Notes: generated by a model not told the origin, from the letters alone. DNA of 64,000 nucleotides from the human T2T-CHM13v2.0 reference genome, Homo sapiens (GCF_009914755.1 NC_060927.1); one strand, 5' to 3'; counted from the first letter of the stretch, positions 25,813 to 39,690 are shown. Translations and numbers: made by a program.

Positions 25813-26292
25813 TGTAGACCGTCCTGCTGCATCAGTTTCCTCAGTCCCATCACTCTTCTCCCTACCACCACCATTTTGCATTTTTGAAGTCATTGATCCC
25901 TTACCCCCAATTCTCAAAGTAAGCATGGAATTGCTAACCAGTGTGAGCCTATAATCATTGCCTGCATGGCCTATACTGGTTCTATCAGAGTGAAATCTAG
26001 GACTTTTGTTTGGTTGGGAGAAAGATACTCTATCTCTCTTTTCCTGGCCATGTATGGGAAAGAATGCAGTCTCAGTAACTGTTGGCAGCCATCTTGCAAC
26101 CATGTGGGAAATCAGGCTTGGGATAAAACTGACACCATTAGCAAAAAGCAGAGCAAAGAGACAGACAGAGTCTTTAGGGGCATTTTTGAACTAGATAAAA
26201 CCTCTACACTTCTCTGTTACTTAGTAATACATTCTTCCATTGTTCTGTTTAAGTTTTCTGTTTTTTGGAACATAAAAAATCCTAACTGATAC
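25813..26292 (+). mobile_element. MLT1 (ERVL-MaLR) solo LTR, MLT1J/K-like
   Basis: TGTAG start; GGCAGCCATCTTGCAACCATG; end AAAAATCCTAACTGATAC. Confidence 0.75.
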
Positions 26293-28544
26293 GAGCTGCT
26301 GTCTTAAATTTTATACACCCATTTTTCTCTCCTAGCTTTGAGCTCTGTGTCTCCAAGATGTTGTTTTGCTGCTTCCTCTCCAACACCCCTCTAAGCATTA
26401 CATAAGGGCATAGGTAAATGTCTAAGTTTTCACTATTCACTTACCCCTACCATACAATCACTACAATGACCTTGCAATTCCTCTTCTTCACCTGCCACTT
26501 TCTCTTCCCACTGGAACTGAGCCATCAGATATACAAGTAGTTCTACCTCCTGGCAAAGAGAGCTGTTAAAGACCCTTTGACTGACTTAATGAAGTCCATA
26601 TCTTTACAAGAAACTGCCTTTCCAAAGGCTTGATGAATGTAGTAGCTCCCACTCAGAACCCTCTGTGCCCTTTTATTCTTGCTTCCCTAGGATTTTAGGT
26701 GCATTTCAAAAGCATTTAGATATTCTTCAGCATTTGGTTCTTTCATGAAATATCTTTTCATATATTGTCTCGTCACAGTAGAAAGAGATGAAGATGCAGA
26801 GGAAACCACAGTGGACATCCAACAGAAGTCAGACTGCCCCTTGCAGGGACCTTAGGGGCAGCTGAATAGATGAGGCCACCAAAGAAAACCCTGGGCTGCC
26901 AATCCATCTGTACAAGAAGTAGCAATTGTGGGATTCGGTGCTCTGAAGACAGAAAGCAGAAAAATCCACCCTTTCCCCCCGCAACTTCACTTAAGGAGAT
27001 GAAAGCAAATGAAATTAAAAAGCCAATAGTAAATACTAAATCCAAGAAGTTCACAAGACAGAAGGAAACAAAAAAAGTCAAATGAAATTTCAATTTTTTT
27101 CATGGCTTTGGGAATATAGGTAGAAGAATTTTTACTAAAAACCCCCTTCTAATTACTTCATGGGCTAAATGGAATTGAAACAACTAAGGTAGGATATTTT
27201 CATTAATCTCTTGTTTCCAAAGGAAAGACCAAAGAAATCAGTGTTCATCTAAAGAAATGTTATCACCAAACTTATTTGTTTGTCTATTTATTTAGTTGTT
27301 GCTGTCTATTTTATCACTTATATAATGTTAACATTCTTTTAAAATGGGCAGATGGACCTCATTCAAGTTCTGACAGTAACTCTTTGTTATTGGTACAAAT
27401 GGCTTCAGAGGTATTTAATTACCATTAGTAGTCATCCGTTTGCTCCTAGCTGGTGACATTTGGAATAGTAAGCAGGCAGCATTCTTTGTGTCCAGTGAGT
27501 TCATAGAAAGTTAAACCTACTTTTGACAACAGACTCAAGCTTAGTTACCATTAACCCCTCTTCAGTTACTGGATGATGTGTTTGAACACTATGAATGATT
27601 AATGAAGGCTAAATAGCCCAGTTTCTATCTTAAAACCTTTTTGTCAACTGCTGGAGAGTTGAGTGACTGACAAGGTGAGTTCAGCTCAAGAAAGTATTTC
27701 TGCAATCCATTGCTTGCACTTAGAAAAAAATTAATTTGTCAGCTATTTATTTTCAAAAGAATTGGAAAAAATTAGAAATTCTCATCTTGATGCCTTTTCT
27801 TTTGCACAGACGAATACCAGAGACCAAAATTTTTGCCAGCTTGGCATCAGAAAGTGTACTTTGATTGCATGTCTAAACTAGGGGTGTGATTGCTTTCTTT
27901 CAATGAAACCAAGATAAAATGTTGTCAACTAGTAGCATCCCACTACAAAGCTTCTGAAAGTAGCCCCTGAATTTTCTTGCAGCAAATTCTAGGATTGTTC
28001 TTGGGTAAAGGCCAACCTATCACCCGGTAAGTTGAGAAAACTACTTATGTCTGGCAGCTTATTCGAGGTAGGTAGATGTGTAAAGATGCCCAGGACATTT
28101 GCTGTCTGATCTGTGAGGAGCATCCCTATAGTTAGCTCCTCCAGAGGTATCTTTTTGCAAAAGAGATTACAGAAGAGGCCAGGCTAAGCTGGACGCTAAA
28201 AGAAAGCAGAGATTAAAAATTCATGCAGAGGACCAAAAAGATAAACCTGACAGCTGACTCCAAGAAACAAAAGTACACAGGAGAAAAAAAAAATCCTAGC
28301 AGAATTTATAAGGAAATAATACAGTCTGGGAACATAGTTTAAGCATATCTTTATATGCATATCTTTACACAAACTTTATAGGCAATGGCAGAGGTTTCTT
28401 TAACTGTGCCTTAAATTTCACCCTCTTCACTTTTATAATTTTATAGCATTTAGGGTGTCACTTATGATATACTTGATCACTCAGACAGCCCAGAACTTGA
28501 GATCCACAGCAAATGGCACAGATATATTGATCCAACAGCCTTTG

Positions 28545-28590
28545 TAAAAAAACAAACAAACAAAAACACCAAAAAACCAACCAAACAAAA
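28545..28590. repeat. A-rich (CAAA)n low-complexity tract
   Basis: AAAAAAACAAACAAACAAAAACACCAAAAAACCAACCAAACAAAA. Confidence 0.85.
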
Positions 28591-28814
28591 TTGTTATGTC
28601 ATGTTTGGTATCTATTTGGCAATTGCCTCTTTACCCATTTCCAAGTAAAGTGTTTCATGGTATTTTTAATTAATTCTATACTAATTTTTGTAAACTTGAC
28701 TTTTCCATCATTTTTATCAGTTATGTATTGTTATAGCCTAAGCATTTCCTCCCAAAGACAAGAAAGTGAAGTGAGACCTGAACTAGCGTTTCCCAAAGAG
28801 AATTCACAGGCCCA

Positions 28815-29060
28815 TCTCATTTATTTATTGATTCAACAAACATTTTATTGGGCATGTATTATGTGCCTGACAGTGTGCTAGGCACTGAAGATACAGAGAT
28901 GTTTAATATCCAGCCCTTGCCCACAAGGATCTCGCTTTCTATTTTAATAGACAAGTAAGGATAATAGCAATAGCTTATAGATATTAATAATGCTTGACAC
29001 AGCTCAGGGCATGCAGACAGTGTCCAGGAACAACACATTGTGAATGTGTGGTCAGTTAGA
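28815..29060 (-). mobile_element. L2 3' end relic
   Basis: ATTCAACAAACATTTTATTGGGC...TATGTGCC...GTGCTAGGCACTGAAGATACAGAGATG. Confidence 0.85.
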
Positions 29061-30074
29061 AGAGGATTTTGCAGAACTAGCAAATCATATGAATTCTGAT
29101 GAAGGCATGATTAGCCTTCAATGTTAGGAATCTTCATCCTGGAGTGGTTATGCAGCTGACTAGGACAGCTCATAAGACAAGCATGAAACAAGGAATTTCC
29201 TGCATCAATCCTCTTAAACCAGATCCCACACAACAGCTAAAAGGGATGTCTAGATACTACCCAGAACTCATCTTGGTCTCCATAGACCCTTCTCGCTTAA
29301 GTCCCACCTTGTTCATAGTGTGTCCGGGGAAAGAATAACCAAGCTCCTGTATGCAGCATACAGAACTGAGCTCTTTCTTGTTTTACGCTTCTATGTTGAG
29401 GTAAGAGGAACAGATCATCTTACTTCTGGCTTCTTCCAGGAGCATTCAACCCAAGTGACCAGCCACATGGGTTGCTGGATGAAGTTCCTGAAGTTTCAGG
29501 GTGGGATAGTAGTCGAGGAGTGGCAGCAAATGGCTTCAGACTTTTCCCTGGCAGGCAGTAACTGGAGATGGAGGTAGCAGCAGGGAAAGGAACGGGACAA
29601 GCCAGGCCTAGGAAGTGTCAGGGAGGGTGTGTGGGCCACCCAGAAAGCAAAAAAGGCACACCCATTCCAGCACACCAATGGCCTCTAATTGGACAATTTC
29701 AATTTTGGCAGAGGCCTTTGTCTCAATAGCTTCTTCTATTAGAGGCTTCAACATTAGCTCTTAAAATAATGGATGACCTCACCAGCAGAAGAAATCCCAT
29801 TAAAATCAGAGGAGCTTGAATTTAGATGCAAAAGTTTACCCAATACCATCAACGTTAGTTTGGGGCCAGATTATCAAAAGGAAAAATTTTTGGCAGGAAC
29901 AAGTGAGTGGGTTAATAAACAGAATATCTCAGTACTCAGAAATCCTGCTAGTAGGGCAGGGGGCAAACCTAAGGAAAGAAGAGTTTCACTGGTGAGTTGC
30001 AAAGAGAGAACTTGAGCTGGGCAGAATGTTCACCTGTGTATCTCCAGTGCCTAAACAGTGCCTGAAGTGAACAG

Positions 30075-30290
30075 ACTCAGCAAACTTGTGTTCAACTCCT
30101 ATTTCCATCTCTTACTAGCTGTGTGACTTTCAAAAAATTGTTTGTCCTTTCAAGGCCTCAGTTTCCATATCTGCAATATGAGAAAAGGAAGAAAATATAT
30201 GTCTCCGAGGGTTGTGAGAATTAACTGAGATAATCTATGTCAAGTGTGAGAACAGTACTTGATATTATGTAAGTGTGATATAAGTGTTCA
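30075..30290 (+). mobile_element. MIR SINE relic (preceded by a short L2 end)
   Basis: CTTACTAGCTGTGTGACTT...GCCTCAGTTTCCATATCTG...GGGTTGTGAGAATTAACTGAGATAAT. Confidence 0.85.
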
Positions 30291-30309
30291 GAAAATAAGT
30301 GAATAATGT

Positions 30310-30840
30310 CACCAAACCTCAGAACATACCTGTGATATCAATGCTGTTACCTCCAACTAATAGATGAGTAAACTGAAAGTGAAAAGTTCTAGATAAGTTA
30401 CCTGTATTAGTTCATTTTCACCCTGCTGATAAAGACATACACAAGTCTAGGCAATTTACAAAAGCAAGAGGCCTAATGGACTTACAGTTCCACAGGGCTG
30501 GGAGGCGTCACATTCATGGCGGAAGGCAAGGACCAAGTCACATCTTATGTGGAGGGAGACAGGCAAAACGAGAGAAAGAGAGATCAGATCTCGTAAACCA
30601 TCAGATGTCATGAGACTTACTCACTATCGCGAGAATAGCATGGGAAAGACTTGCAGGCGTGATTCAATTACCTCCCACCGTGTCCCTCCCACAACACGTG
30701 GGAATTCAAGATGAAATTTGGATGGGGACACAGCCAAACCATATCCTTACCCAAGGTCACAGAGCGTAGGATGGCGAGTCAGGATTTGCACCCACATCTA
30801 AATGCTTGTGTAGTCTCTGTTCTTTCCCATTGATTCTATG
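30310..30840 (-). mobile_element. MIR split by the THE1 LTR
   Basis: TAGATGAGTAAACTGA...AAGTTACC [LTR] TTACCCAAGGTCACAGAGC...CAGGATTTGCACCCA. Confidence 0.75.
30403..30746 (-). mobile_element. THE1 (THE1A/B-like) ERVL-MaLR solo LTR
   Basis: TGTATTAGTTCATTTTCAC.CTGCTGATAAAGACATAC...GGGGACACAGCCAAACCATATC; 5-bp TSD TTACC at 30398-30402 and 30747-30751. Confidence 0.95.
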
Positions 30841-31601
30841 CTCTACTCACTCGTGTTTTTAAGTTGGTCTTTTTGCTTTGTTTATATGTAAGTGTGTTTG
30901 TATTTATGTATAGTCTTATTTCCCAGAAATGCTGTTTTAGTCCACAATTATAAGAATCTATAATGCTGGGAAACATTTCTAATTTCTTTCTGTGAACATG
31001 CCCGGAGCATCTCAGTAGCAGTGCCTGGGAGCACTCACTTCACTCAAAAGAATTGCGATAACTTGCACCAGTCACCAATTATCAGGGACCCAAAAGGCTG
31101 GCTTTCAAGGAACCAGTTATAAATAATGATAACTTTATTTACTCTATGATCTAGGCAATGCACACAGACCATGGAATGTGCAGGCAGGAAAGGATGGTAA
31201 GACATGTTTCCGGCTTGGCCAATTTTTACTTCTTTCTGTAAGGTTGGACTAATTCCAAAAGGCTCCCACCTTCTGTGAGGAGAACTAAAGGACCAGAGAG
31301 AATACATTCATCAAAACCTACTCGAAACAAAGGGCTGCCTCTGCTCTGAGTCCCTTAAGCTTCTCAGAGGAAAGGTATCATTACAGGTGAAACATACAGT
31401 TGGTACTAAGCCTTTGGCCTAGCACAATCACTGTAAGCAGGCTCATCACTTTCCTATTCCACTGGCCTTTGCTGTCTTCTTGGAAATAATTGTTTCATCA
31501 CATGCCTCGGACAATTTCAGCTTGCCTGTAAACTCTCTTAGGCAACAGTATCTTGTTTTATTTTTAACTGAATCTCAGTTTTGTCGAAAGTACATGAAAT
31601 T

Positions 31602-32105
31602 TGTATCTGGGAAGATGTTTGGGGCTGCAAAACTAAAAATAGCCTAAGCAAAAAGGAAAATGTATTATTTTGTGTAATGAAAACACTGGAGCCTGGGAAG
31701 TCTTAGGTCAGTGAATTCAGCGATTCAATAGCACCATCGTAGATCGAGGTGCATTTCATCTTTTCTCTCTGTTAATATCAGTAGATCAGTTATATCCCTC
31801 TTGATTGCAGGTGACAACAGTATCCAAAGGCCAAACCGCATCTCTCTTCTTTGGATCCATTTTTAAGAACAAGAAGAATCTTCCCAGAAACCCCCAGAGC
31901 AGACTGTCCCTCAAGTTTCATTAGACAGGTTTGGGTCATTGCCCACCAATCTCTGGCCAGAGGTCAGTAGACTACTCAAGATCCACTTCCTGGGGCTGCA
32001 AAGAAGCCCAGGCTTCACTAAAACACAAAGCTGCCCAATAACTTTATTCTGTGAACAAAGAAGACTGGCAATGGGCGCCTTCGGTAGGAAACGACAATGT
32101 CTACC
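31602..32105 (-). mobile_element. MLT1 (ERVL-MaLR) solo LTR relic
   Basis: GGCTGCAA...CTAAGCAAAAAGG...TTCCCAGAAACCCCCAG.GCAGACT...TCATT. Confidence 0.65.
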
Positions 32106-32114
32106 CTGATATAT

Positions 32115-32320
32115 GAAGTCATACGGATCTGGGTTTGAATCCAGGCTCAACATTTATAAACTTAGACAATTTCACCTCTTGAAACTTTAGTGCACTCACA
32201 TGTAAAATAGTACACTCACATCTACCATAAGGGTGGTTGGTGAGGATTAAACAAGGCAATATTTGTTAAAAGTACAGCACAGAGCTTGGCACATAATTGT
32301 TACTTAATGCCTATTGGTTT
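32115..32320 (+). mobile_element. MIR SINE relic
   Basis: CTGGGTTTGAATCCAGGCTC...TGTAAAAT...GTGAGGATTAAA...TGGCACATA. Confidence 0.82.
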
Positions 32321-33087
32321 CTCCTCTTTCCTTTTTGCCTCCCTTTTGGAAAGCTTTCAGCATACATGTTTCCATTAGAAACAGAGGACTTTCTCTTTTT
32401 CTATTCATGTTTGTGTAGTCTATTACTCATTCTCCTGCCTTTTCTTGTGATTTCTGATCTTACAACACTATTAGTAGTGCTTTTTAAAATGTGATTATTT
32501 CTTGTTATTAATACTACTATTGGAGTAATTGATAAATGTGTAACATAAAATGATACTTGCCCAAAGTTCACATCTGGCGTTGTTTTTGACCCTGATAATG
32601 TGGTCAATTGGGGATGCTCCAGTTAAAGGTAATGAACTGATTTATTTCATTGTAATTTGTTATGTTTCATAAGTGAAAGCCCTCCCTGCACTTTGTCCAG
32701 TGAGTATACCCACACATTAATCTTGATCAATTGCCAGCAAGCATTTAATGAGTGCCTTTGTTGGTATGGTTTAGGATGTTCCTTTGCTCTATCTACCACT
32801 TGTGGAGAAACTTAAGAAAGGAAAATTCATATATGTTGTTATTAAATAAGCTCTCTGCCACCCTAAGAAAGAAACAAGTATTTTGTTTGCGTAGCAGAAC
32901 ACAAAAAGGGCTAATGAGGATACGTTGGTTCAGATTATTATTAAATGACACATCTATTTTTAAAAATTGAAGATTATCTTTAACATGTATGAGTTGTAAC
33001 TGCTCCTAAGTAAATTCTAGAGAAAATATTTATTCTGCATTACAGCAGAAATGATGGTCTCTTTTTAATTTTACTTAGTGTTTCTAA

Positions 33088-34060
<973 letters not shown>

Positions 34061-34081
34061 GTGTTCATATATAGGTGGTTT

Positions 34082-34190
34082 CTACCTTTTTTCTCCTCTT
34101 ATTAAATCCATTTTATCTTCCTCCAGTCTTTCTCTTCCACTTCTTTTTCTTTCTTATCCTTTTTTTCTTCTCCATATTCTCTTTCTTCTC
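34082..34190. repeat. CT-rich low-complexity tract
   Basis: Pyrimidine-dominated sequence (CTTCTTTTTCTTTCTTATCCTTTTTTCTTCTC...). Confidence 0.7.
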
Positions 34191-34289
34191 ATTAGTATTG
34201 TAGTAGTGTTTATAATTTACAAGCGCTGTTACTTACATGATATTTTTAAATCAAAAATTAATGCATGCCATTCACAGACTTCTCAGAAT

Positions 34290-34510
34290 TCAGACTCTGG
34301 AGCTGGAAAATCTGGGTTTGAGTTCCTGGTTATACCACTTACCAGCTGTATGAGCTTTGACAAGTTTCCTAAGTGGCTATGGTTCAATATCCTCCAACAG
34401 ATGAAGATAATGATACCCACTTTCTAAATCTTGTAAGAATTAAATGGCCATCCAAAACACTTGGGACAGTGCAGGGTAAATGATAGGTCCTATGTACGTT
34501 TCCTATTATT
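34290..34510 (+). mobile_element. MIR SINE relic
   Basis: CAGACTCTGGAGC...CTGGGTTTGAG...ACCACTTACCAGCTGTATGAGCTTTGACAAGTT...TTGTAAGAATTAAATG. Confidence 0.85.
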
Positions 34511-35979
34511 TGGAAAATACCTATAGGGTCATTTTCTGTCCTGTCTGTATGGGTCACAATATGCATGTTTTTCTAGGTTTTTGTGTCCAACATCCACAGT
34601 ATGTGAACTACTGACAACTTTCACATAAGAGAGTTGGAGCTCCATCTGAGTGAATTATTTAAATGTGCTAACTAAAATTTCAAGAGCATTTAAAAACCTT
34701 CTGAGCAAGGCCATGTCCTGAAGTTGCAGCCATTTTAATTAGTTTCACCTTCTCTGCCCCATGATCCAGAAATCTCTAATTGTACCGTTGCAGCCTCCTG
34801 CTCCCTGTCACAGATCTGACTTTACCTGCTACTATTTAAATTTTATGAATCATGCTCCCTCTGTGTGAACTCCTGAAACCTCTGAAACTAAATGAATAAT
34901 TATCGAGATGAAATTGTTAACCGTTTATAAAAGATGTTGTAAAAAGACTTGTTTTCTCTATGAACCATTTTTTTTTTTCTGGTTGTCTCCAATTTGCGGC
35001 CATTAGCATGAAGAAAAATGTCAGCTATTCCTCCAATGAAGAGAGAAGGAGATTCTTAGAATCAAGAAGCTTGACATTCCATAAGCAAATACTCCCTGTT
35101 TCAAAAAAGGCAGTAGGAGTGTGCCATGGCAACCTCTTCCAGGGAATAACTTTAAGGTTGGCCTAGTGCTCTCCTTCATATATCGACTTCAGTGGGAGCA
35201 CCTGGCATGAATGTCAGTGAGAAGACAGCTAGGGCAGGGAGTCCCCCAATAACACAGTGCGGCCATTTCTCAATGGAAAAGCATGATCTTGTAATGAGCT
35301 GTTTCTTTGAATACTGTTTTGTTTTTAAAGATTGTACGTTTGCATTTATGCCTTTGTTTTGGAAATACCTCAAGTAGAAGTGTCAAAATGGAAAGAACTC
35401 CTAGTTTCCTTTGCCTCATCAAAAATCAAATAGACCTAGGAATTCACCTGACGTCTTAGTCCCTCTGAATTTCAGATTTGTTTTCAGATGTGACATGTTA
35501 TTGGAAACATCTGAAATGAGAGCTCCTTCATCATTCTCAAATTTGGTGATTTGAAAATCTCATTTTCAAGTGCGTTTTTCTTATTTCCCCATGTTGCATG
35601 CTTGGTAACTCTTCCATTTGTCTATTTTTGGCAGAATGGTACAGGATCTATTTGCCAGAACAATTTTTTTGAAGACCCAGGCTCTCATCATTTCAAGACA
35701 AGGGGTCCCTGGATCAAAATAGAACCAAAAGTTTCATTTGGCATCAATCAACCTTATCAGCAGAGTCCAGGGATTATCAGCAGAGACCGGGGCTTTTATC
35801 AAGACACAGAGCACAAGTAAATCCTATAATCTAAATTTGCAACGTTTATGACCTGGAAAGCAGCCCCAGGTAGGCAAAAACAACTGACCTTTTTCTACTC
35901 CTCCAAAACACCTGCTTGGTACTGCCTCGTCTCCCACAACACTTCTCGACAGTGGTGATCTTGAAATGTTTATGCTTAA

Positions 35980-36090
35980 GTCGTGTCTTCCAAATTAGCC
36001 TCTAAGTTACTTTAGGGCAAGAGCCATGTCTTCGTGTGTCCTGCCCAGTGTTAGGACTGGATCCTCAGGAAATACCTATTGAATAAACTT
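35980..36090 (+). mobile_element. L2 3' terminus
   Basis: AGGGCAAGAGCCATGTCTT...CTCAGGAAATACCTATTGAATAAA. Confidence 0.6.
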
Positions 36091-37269
36091 AGATCTTTTC
36101 ACATCCTTTCAATTCTGTCAACCCACATAAGGCTGGCTAACAGCAAAGCTGTGGGGGAACTTAGCCTACATTCTTCAATCCAGAATCCCTGAACACAGCT
36201 AGCATGGTTCAAGATTAATAAGTACACTGGACAGTTCTTTGGAGCCCCGTGATATTATTGGAATGCTTTTACTTTGAGATCTTGACCTCCTAATGTTAAC
36301 AGAGCTTAGGTGGTAACCTAAAATCACTGGAAAGATATCACTCTGGAAAAATGAGTAAATGACAACAAATCAACCTTGCAACATCTCTGGATAATTGCTA
36401 TCTACTCTGTCTAATTATTCCTACAAAAGGTAACTTGTCTTTCTTACATTTCTGAAATGTGGCCTGAGGTACCTCAGGTAGTAGTTACCCACTGGCTGGT
36501 CAACTGTGCAGATATGGAAAACATATTTGGCTATATTTCAGTGAGGCAATAAAAGACACTACTTAATTTCAAACTTTTTATTAATTATGTCTTATCAGTC
36601 CCTTTCTCCAGAAGATACCGATATGATTCTTCAGTTCAGTTCAGACATCCTAACTTTCCATTTTACATTAAATGGGACATTTTAATATATAAGCTTTTGG
36701 AAATAATTAGAATTCACATGTAGATTTTTTTGTAATCAGAATTTTTAAAATTACAGTATATAATTACAATGTACTATAAGAAATTGTCAAGTGGATAACC
36801 TTGTTGCACTGAAATGTTTTTGCTGTAAACAAGTCTCTCCTTTAGTGGAATATTTGTCAGTGCATGTATTCAAAGAAGCGCTCTCAAGGCATGTGCTCAG
36901 AAGTTAGGAAATAATTATATTTCCAAACATAATCTTTTCTAATCATCCCATTTTGTTTTGTTTAAAAATAACCTGTGGGTTTCTAAGACAGGCACAATTA
37001 TCTTTCATCTCAGCTCCAAGATACCATCCTTCCAGAAAATGATTTGGGGTGGGGGGAAACAAACTCAGAGGTCACTTTTCTTTTTCTTTCCTTGAAAATC
37101 CTCACTCTAATTGCAAATAAATATACTAGCAAGGAACTGCCTAAGTTTAGCTGCTAGGTTTTTAAAGCAAGATAAGTGGGAAAGCACTGAATTTGTAGTA
37201 ATATTTAACAACTCATCCACGCAGTATTAATACATAGTGATTTTCAGCGGTACATAGACAAGGCTAATT

Positions 37270-37590
37270 TCAATTCAACAAACTTTTATTGAGCGCCTAA
37301 AATACGCCGAGGACTCTGCTAAGTGTTGGGGGCACCAGGGTGAAGATGATAAAGTTCTCGACTTACAAAGCTTAGTTTCTGGAGAAGACAAACAGTAAAT
37401 AAGCACTTTTAATAAGTTACGCTCAAATTGGCATGAGAACATGGAAGAGGTGGGGTGGTGAATTCTTAGTGGAGGCTTCTGCCATGCACAATGCCTGGGC
37501 TGACCTGTGAAGAAGTGTTTTAGTGGGTGGGAAAGGTGATAGAGGCAAAGTGAACAACACAGTCAGTCTGGTGGTTTAGGGAAACAGCCT
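37270..37590 (-). mobile_element. L2 relic
   Basis: ATTCAACAAACTTTTATTGAGCGCCTA...CTGCTAAGTGTTGGGG. Confidence 0.75.
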
Positions 37591-38449
37591 AGTGTTTTGG
37601 CAATGAAATCTCTTGAGTTCGGGTAAGGTAGGGAAAAAGGCCAGCACATGTCTGGCCCCTGTCAGGTGCCACAGAAAAGTAGGAATTTTTCTTGTTCCAA
37701 ATAAGATCTAGTCCCTGGCCATGCCCTGGTCTTCCAGGAAGATACAATCCATAGGGCCAATCCCAAACTACACCATCGAATGTTCCTTGAGAGCACCTTT
37801 GTACTGATTCCTGTAGCACTCAGAATGCCTCATATAAAAATCCCCAGACTGTGCTGGAAACTGTGGGCCTTTCTTGCCACCATCCTCTTTATTAAGGAAA
37901 GATTATCAAATGATTACCTGCCACATTTCAGTTACTACAGAGACAAATGATAAACGATCAGACCCTGGCCTTAAGGAATCTACAATCAAGCATTTATCCT
38001 TGGTCCCATCTCCTCAGGACTCAGGGCACTCCAAGGTGGCAAGTAGCCAGGAAGGCAAACAAAGCCACACTGTGTTGAGAGAAGACTATCTGCTTAGCCC
38101 TCCTTCCCTTTCCAAGTAATATGTGTATATGTATATAAAGAGAGTGTGTGTATGTGTGTATGTCAGTGGCCTTCCTGAAGACACTGCCTTTGTCTTCAGT
38201 CTAATCAAATGAAATACAACTTTCAAATTATTCATAAATGTTTTCATATTAGCTTCTTTAGGAAGCTTTATGAACTTTCAGAGCGTTTTAATACTTAAAA
38301 TTTTTTTAACGTTGGTTCCTTTTACGATAAGATATGGAAGACAGATGTAAAAAATATATAAGCTTTTCAAAAATGAATAATGTTTTTCTATAGGCATTTT
38401 ATATTAGCTGGAAGGGGAGAATGGCATGGGCATGAGACGGTGGGGGATA

Positions 38450-38800
38450 TATTTGGTTCATAAACATTGGCATAACTAATAAACAATTATGGAGTGTCTT
38501 CTAGGTGCAGGGTGCTGGGGCTACAAAGGATTTCGGTGAGTGGTACCTGCCTTCATGAGCCTGGCCATCACCCTGGGGAGATAGACAAGCATCAGGGCAG
38601 GAGCATGGGAGACTAGGTGGAGAAGCAAAAGCACAGAGCCAGGGGTGATGTACGAAGGCTTAGATGACAAGAGGTTTTTGCATCTAGAACACTGAGCAGC
38701 AATAGCAGGCATGAGAGACATAGGGAGATTAATAAGATACTATGTCCCTGAGAATGAGCCCTATCTGCCCTTTTGGCTACAGTGGGAAACCCTAGACCTT
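38450..38800 (-). mobile_element. L2 relic
   Basis: AAACAATTATGGAGTGTCTTCTAGGTGC.GGGTGCTGGGG...CCTGCCTTCATGAGC. Confidence 0.55.
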
Positions 38801-39031
38801 TGAGAAACCATTATGGCTTGTTAGGCTTCAGGATGGAGAAATTCTGCCTGCTCTGGCAAGAGAGGCTCCTGGCTTGCACTCCTAGTGGGCAGCTCCTGAA
38901 GGAGAGGCTGTGGCCTGGAGCAAGGGTGGCGAGGTTGGCTGTTAAAGCTTCCAATATTTAAAGTCTGGTCTCTGGGCCTTGATGACCTCTCAGGACTCAA
39001 CTCAGATTTTGTAAATCATGGTAGCCGATGT

Positions 39032-39161
39032 TAGGGTGACCATATAATTTATTGTCTAAACTAGGAAACTTCTGAAAGAGAAAGAGGGCATCATTAATAA
39101 CTGGGCACAAACAACAGATTTAAATGAGGACTCTCCTGGCTTGAGATGTAGAGCCTCCCTA
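39032..39161. mobile_element. MER94-like hAT-Blackjack MITE
   Basis: TAGGGTGACCATATAATTTATTGTCTAAAC...GAAAGAGGGC..ATTAATAA...CCCTA termini. Confidence 0.75.
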
Positions 39162-39459
39162 GCTGTTAACCATCAACACCTCCTAATGCATGGCCATGCA
39201 TGGTGCCTGCTGGTGTTTTTTAGCCTAGTTCCATCACACACACCTTAATAATTAGAAGAAACAGAGGAATTTAAGGCAATGATCAGTTAATCCTGAGAGA
39301 GGGAAGCCAAGTTTCACAACTAGAGAGAGCCCAGAGTGTTACTAATAAAATAATCCAAAATATTATAAAATCATTAACCATACTTAAGTAAATAAATTCC
39401 AGCTGTAATTCATCCCAGAGCACAACACACAGAACTGCCCATATAAGAAGCAGTTCAAC

Positions 39460-39690
39460 AATGAGAACACATGGACACAGGGAAGGGAACATCACACACT
39501 GGGGCGTGTCAGTGGGTGGGGGTCCAGGGGAGGGAGAGCATTAAGGCAAATACCTAATGCATGTGGACCTTAAAACCTAGATGACGGGTTGATGGGTGCA
39601 GCAAACCACTATGGCACATGTATACTTACGTAACAAACCTGCACATTCTGCACATGTATCCCAGAACTTAAAGTAAAATAAAAGAAGAAG
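39460..39690 (+). mobile_element. 5'-truncated L1PA (L1PA7/8-like) 3' end
   Basis: AATGAGAACACATGGACACAGGGAAGGGAACATCACACACTGGGG...CCCAGAACTTAAAGTAAAAT; TSD AAGAAGCAGTTCAAC / AAAAAGCCGTTCAAC (39445-39459, 39691-39705). Confidence 0.93.

Noticed and set aside
26779-26860. Acidic peptide ERDEDAEETTVDIQQKSDCPLQGP* after a CACAG
   Set aside because: Short, weak pyrimidine tract, no recognised protein match.
27560-28075. Isolated strong donors (AAG|GTGAGT ~27674, GAG|GTAGGT ~28067) and an acceptor (~27809)
   Set aside because: The frames I examined close early; isolated consensus splice sites are expected many times in 64 kb.
35482-35516. 10-bp stem hairpin TTTCAGATGT / ACATCTGAAA
   Set aside because: Too short for a pre-miRNA; expected by chance in AT-rich DNA.
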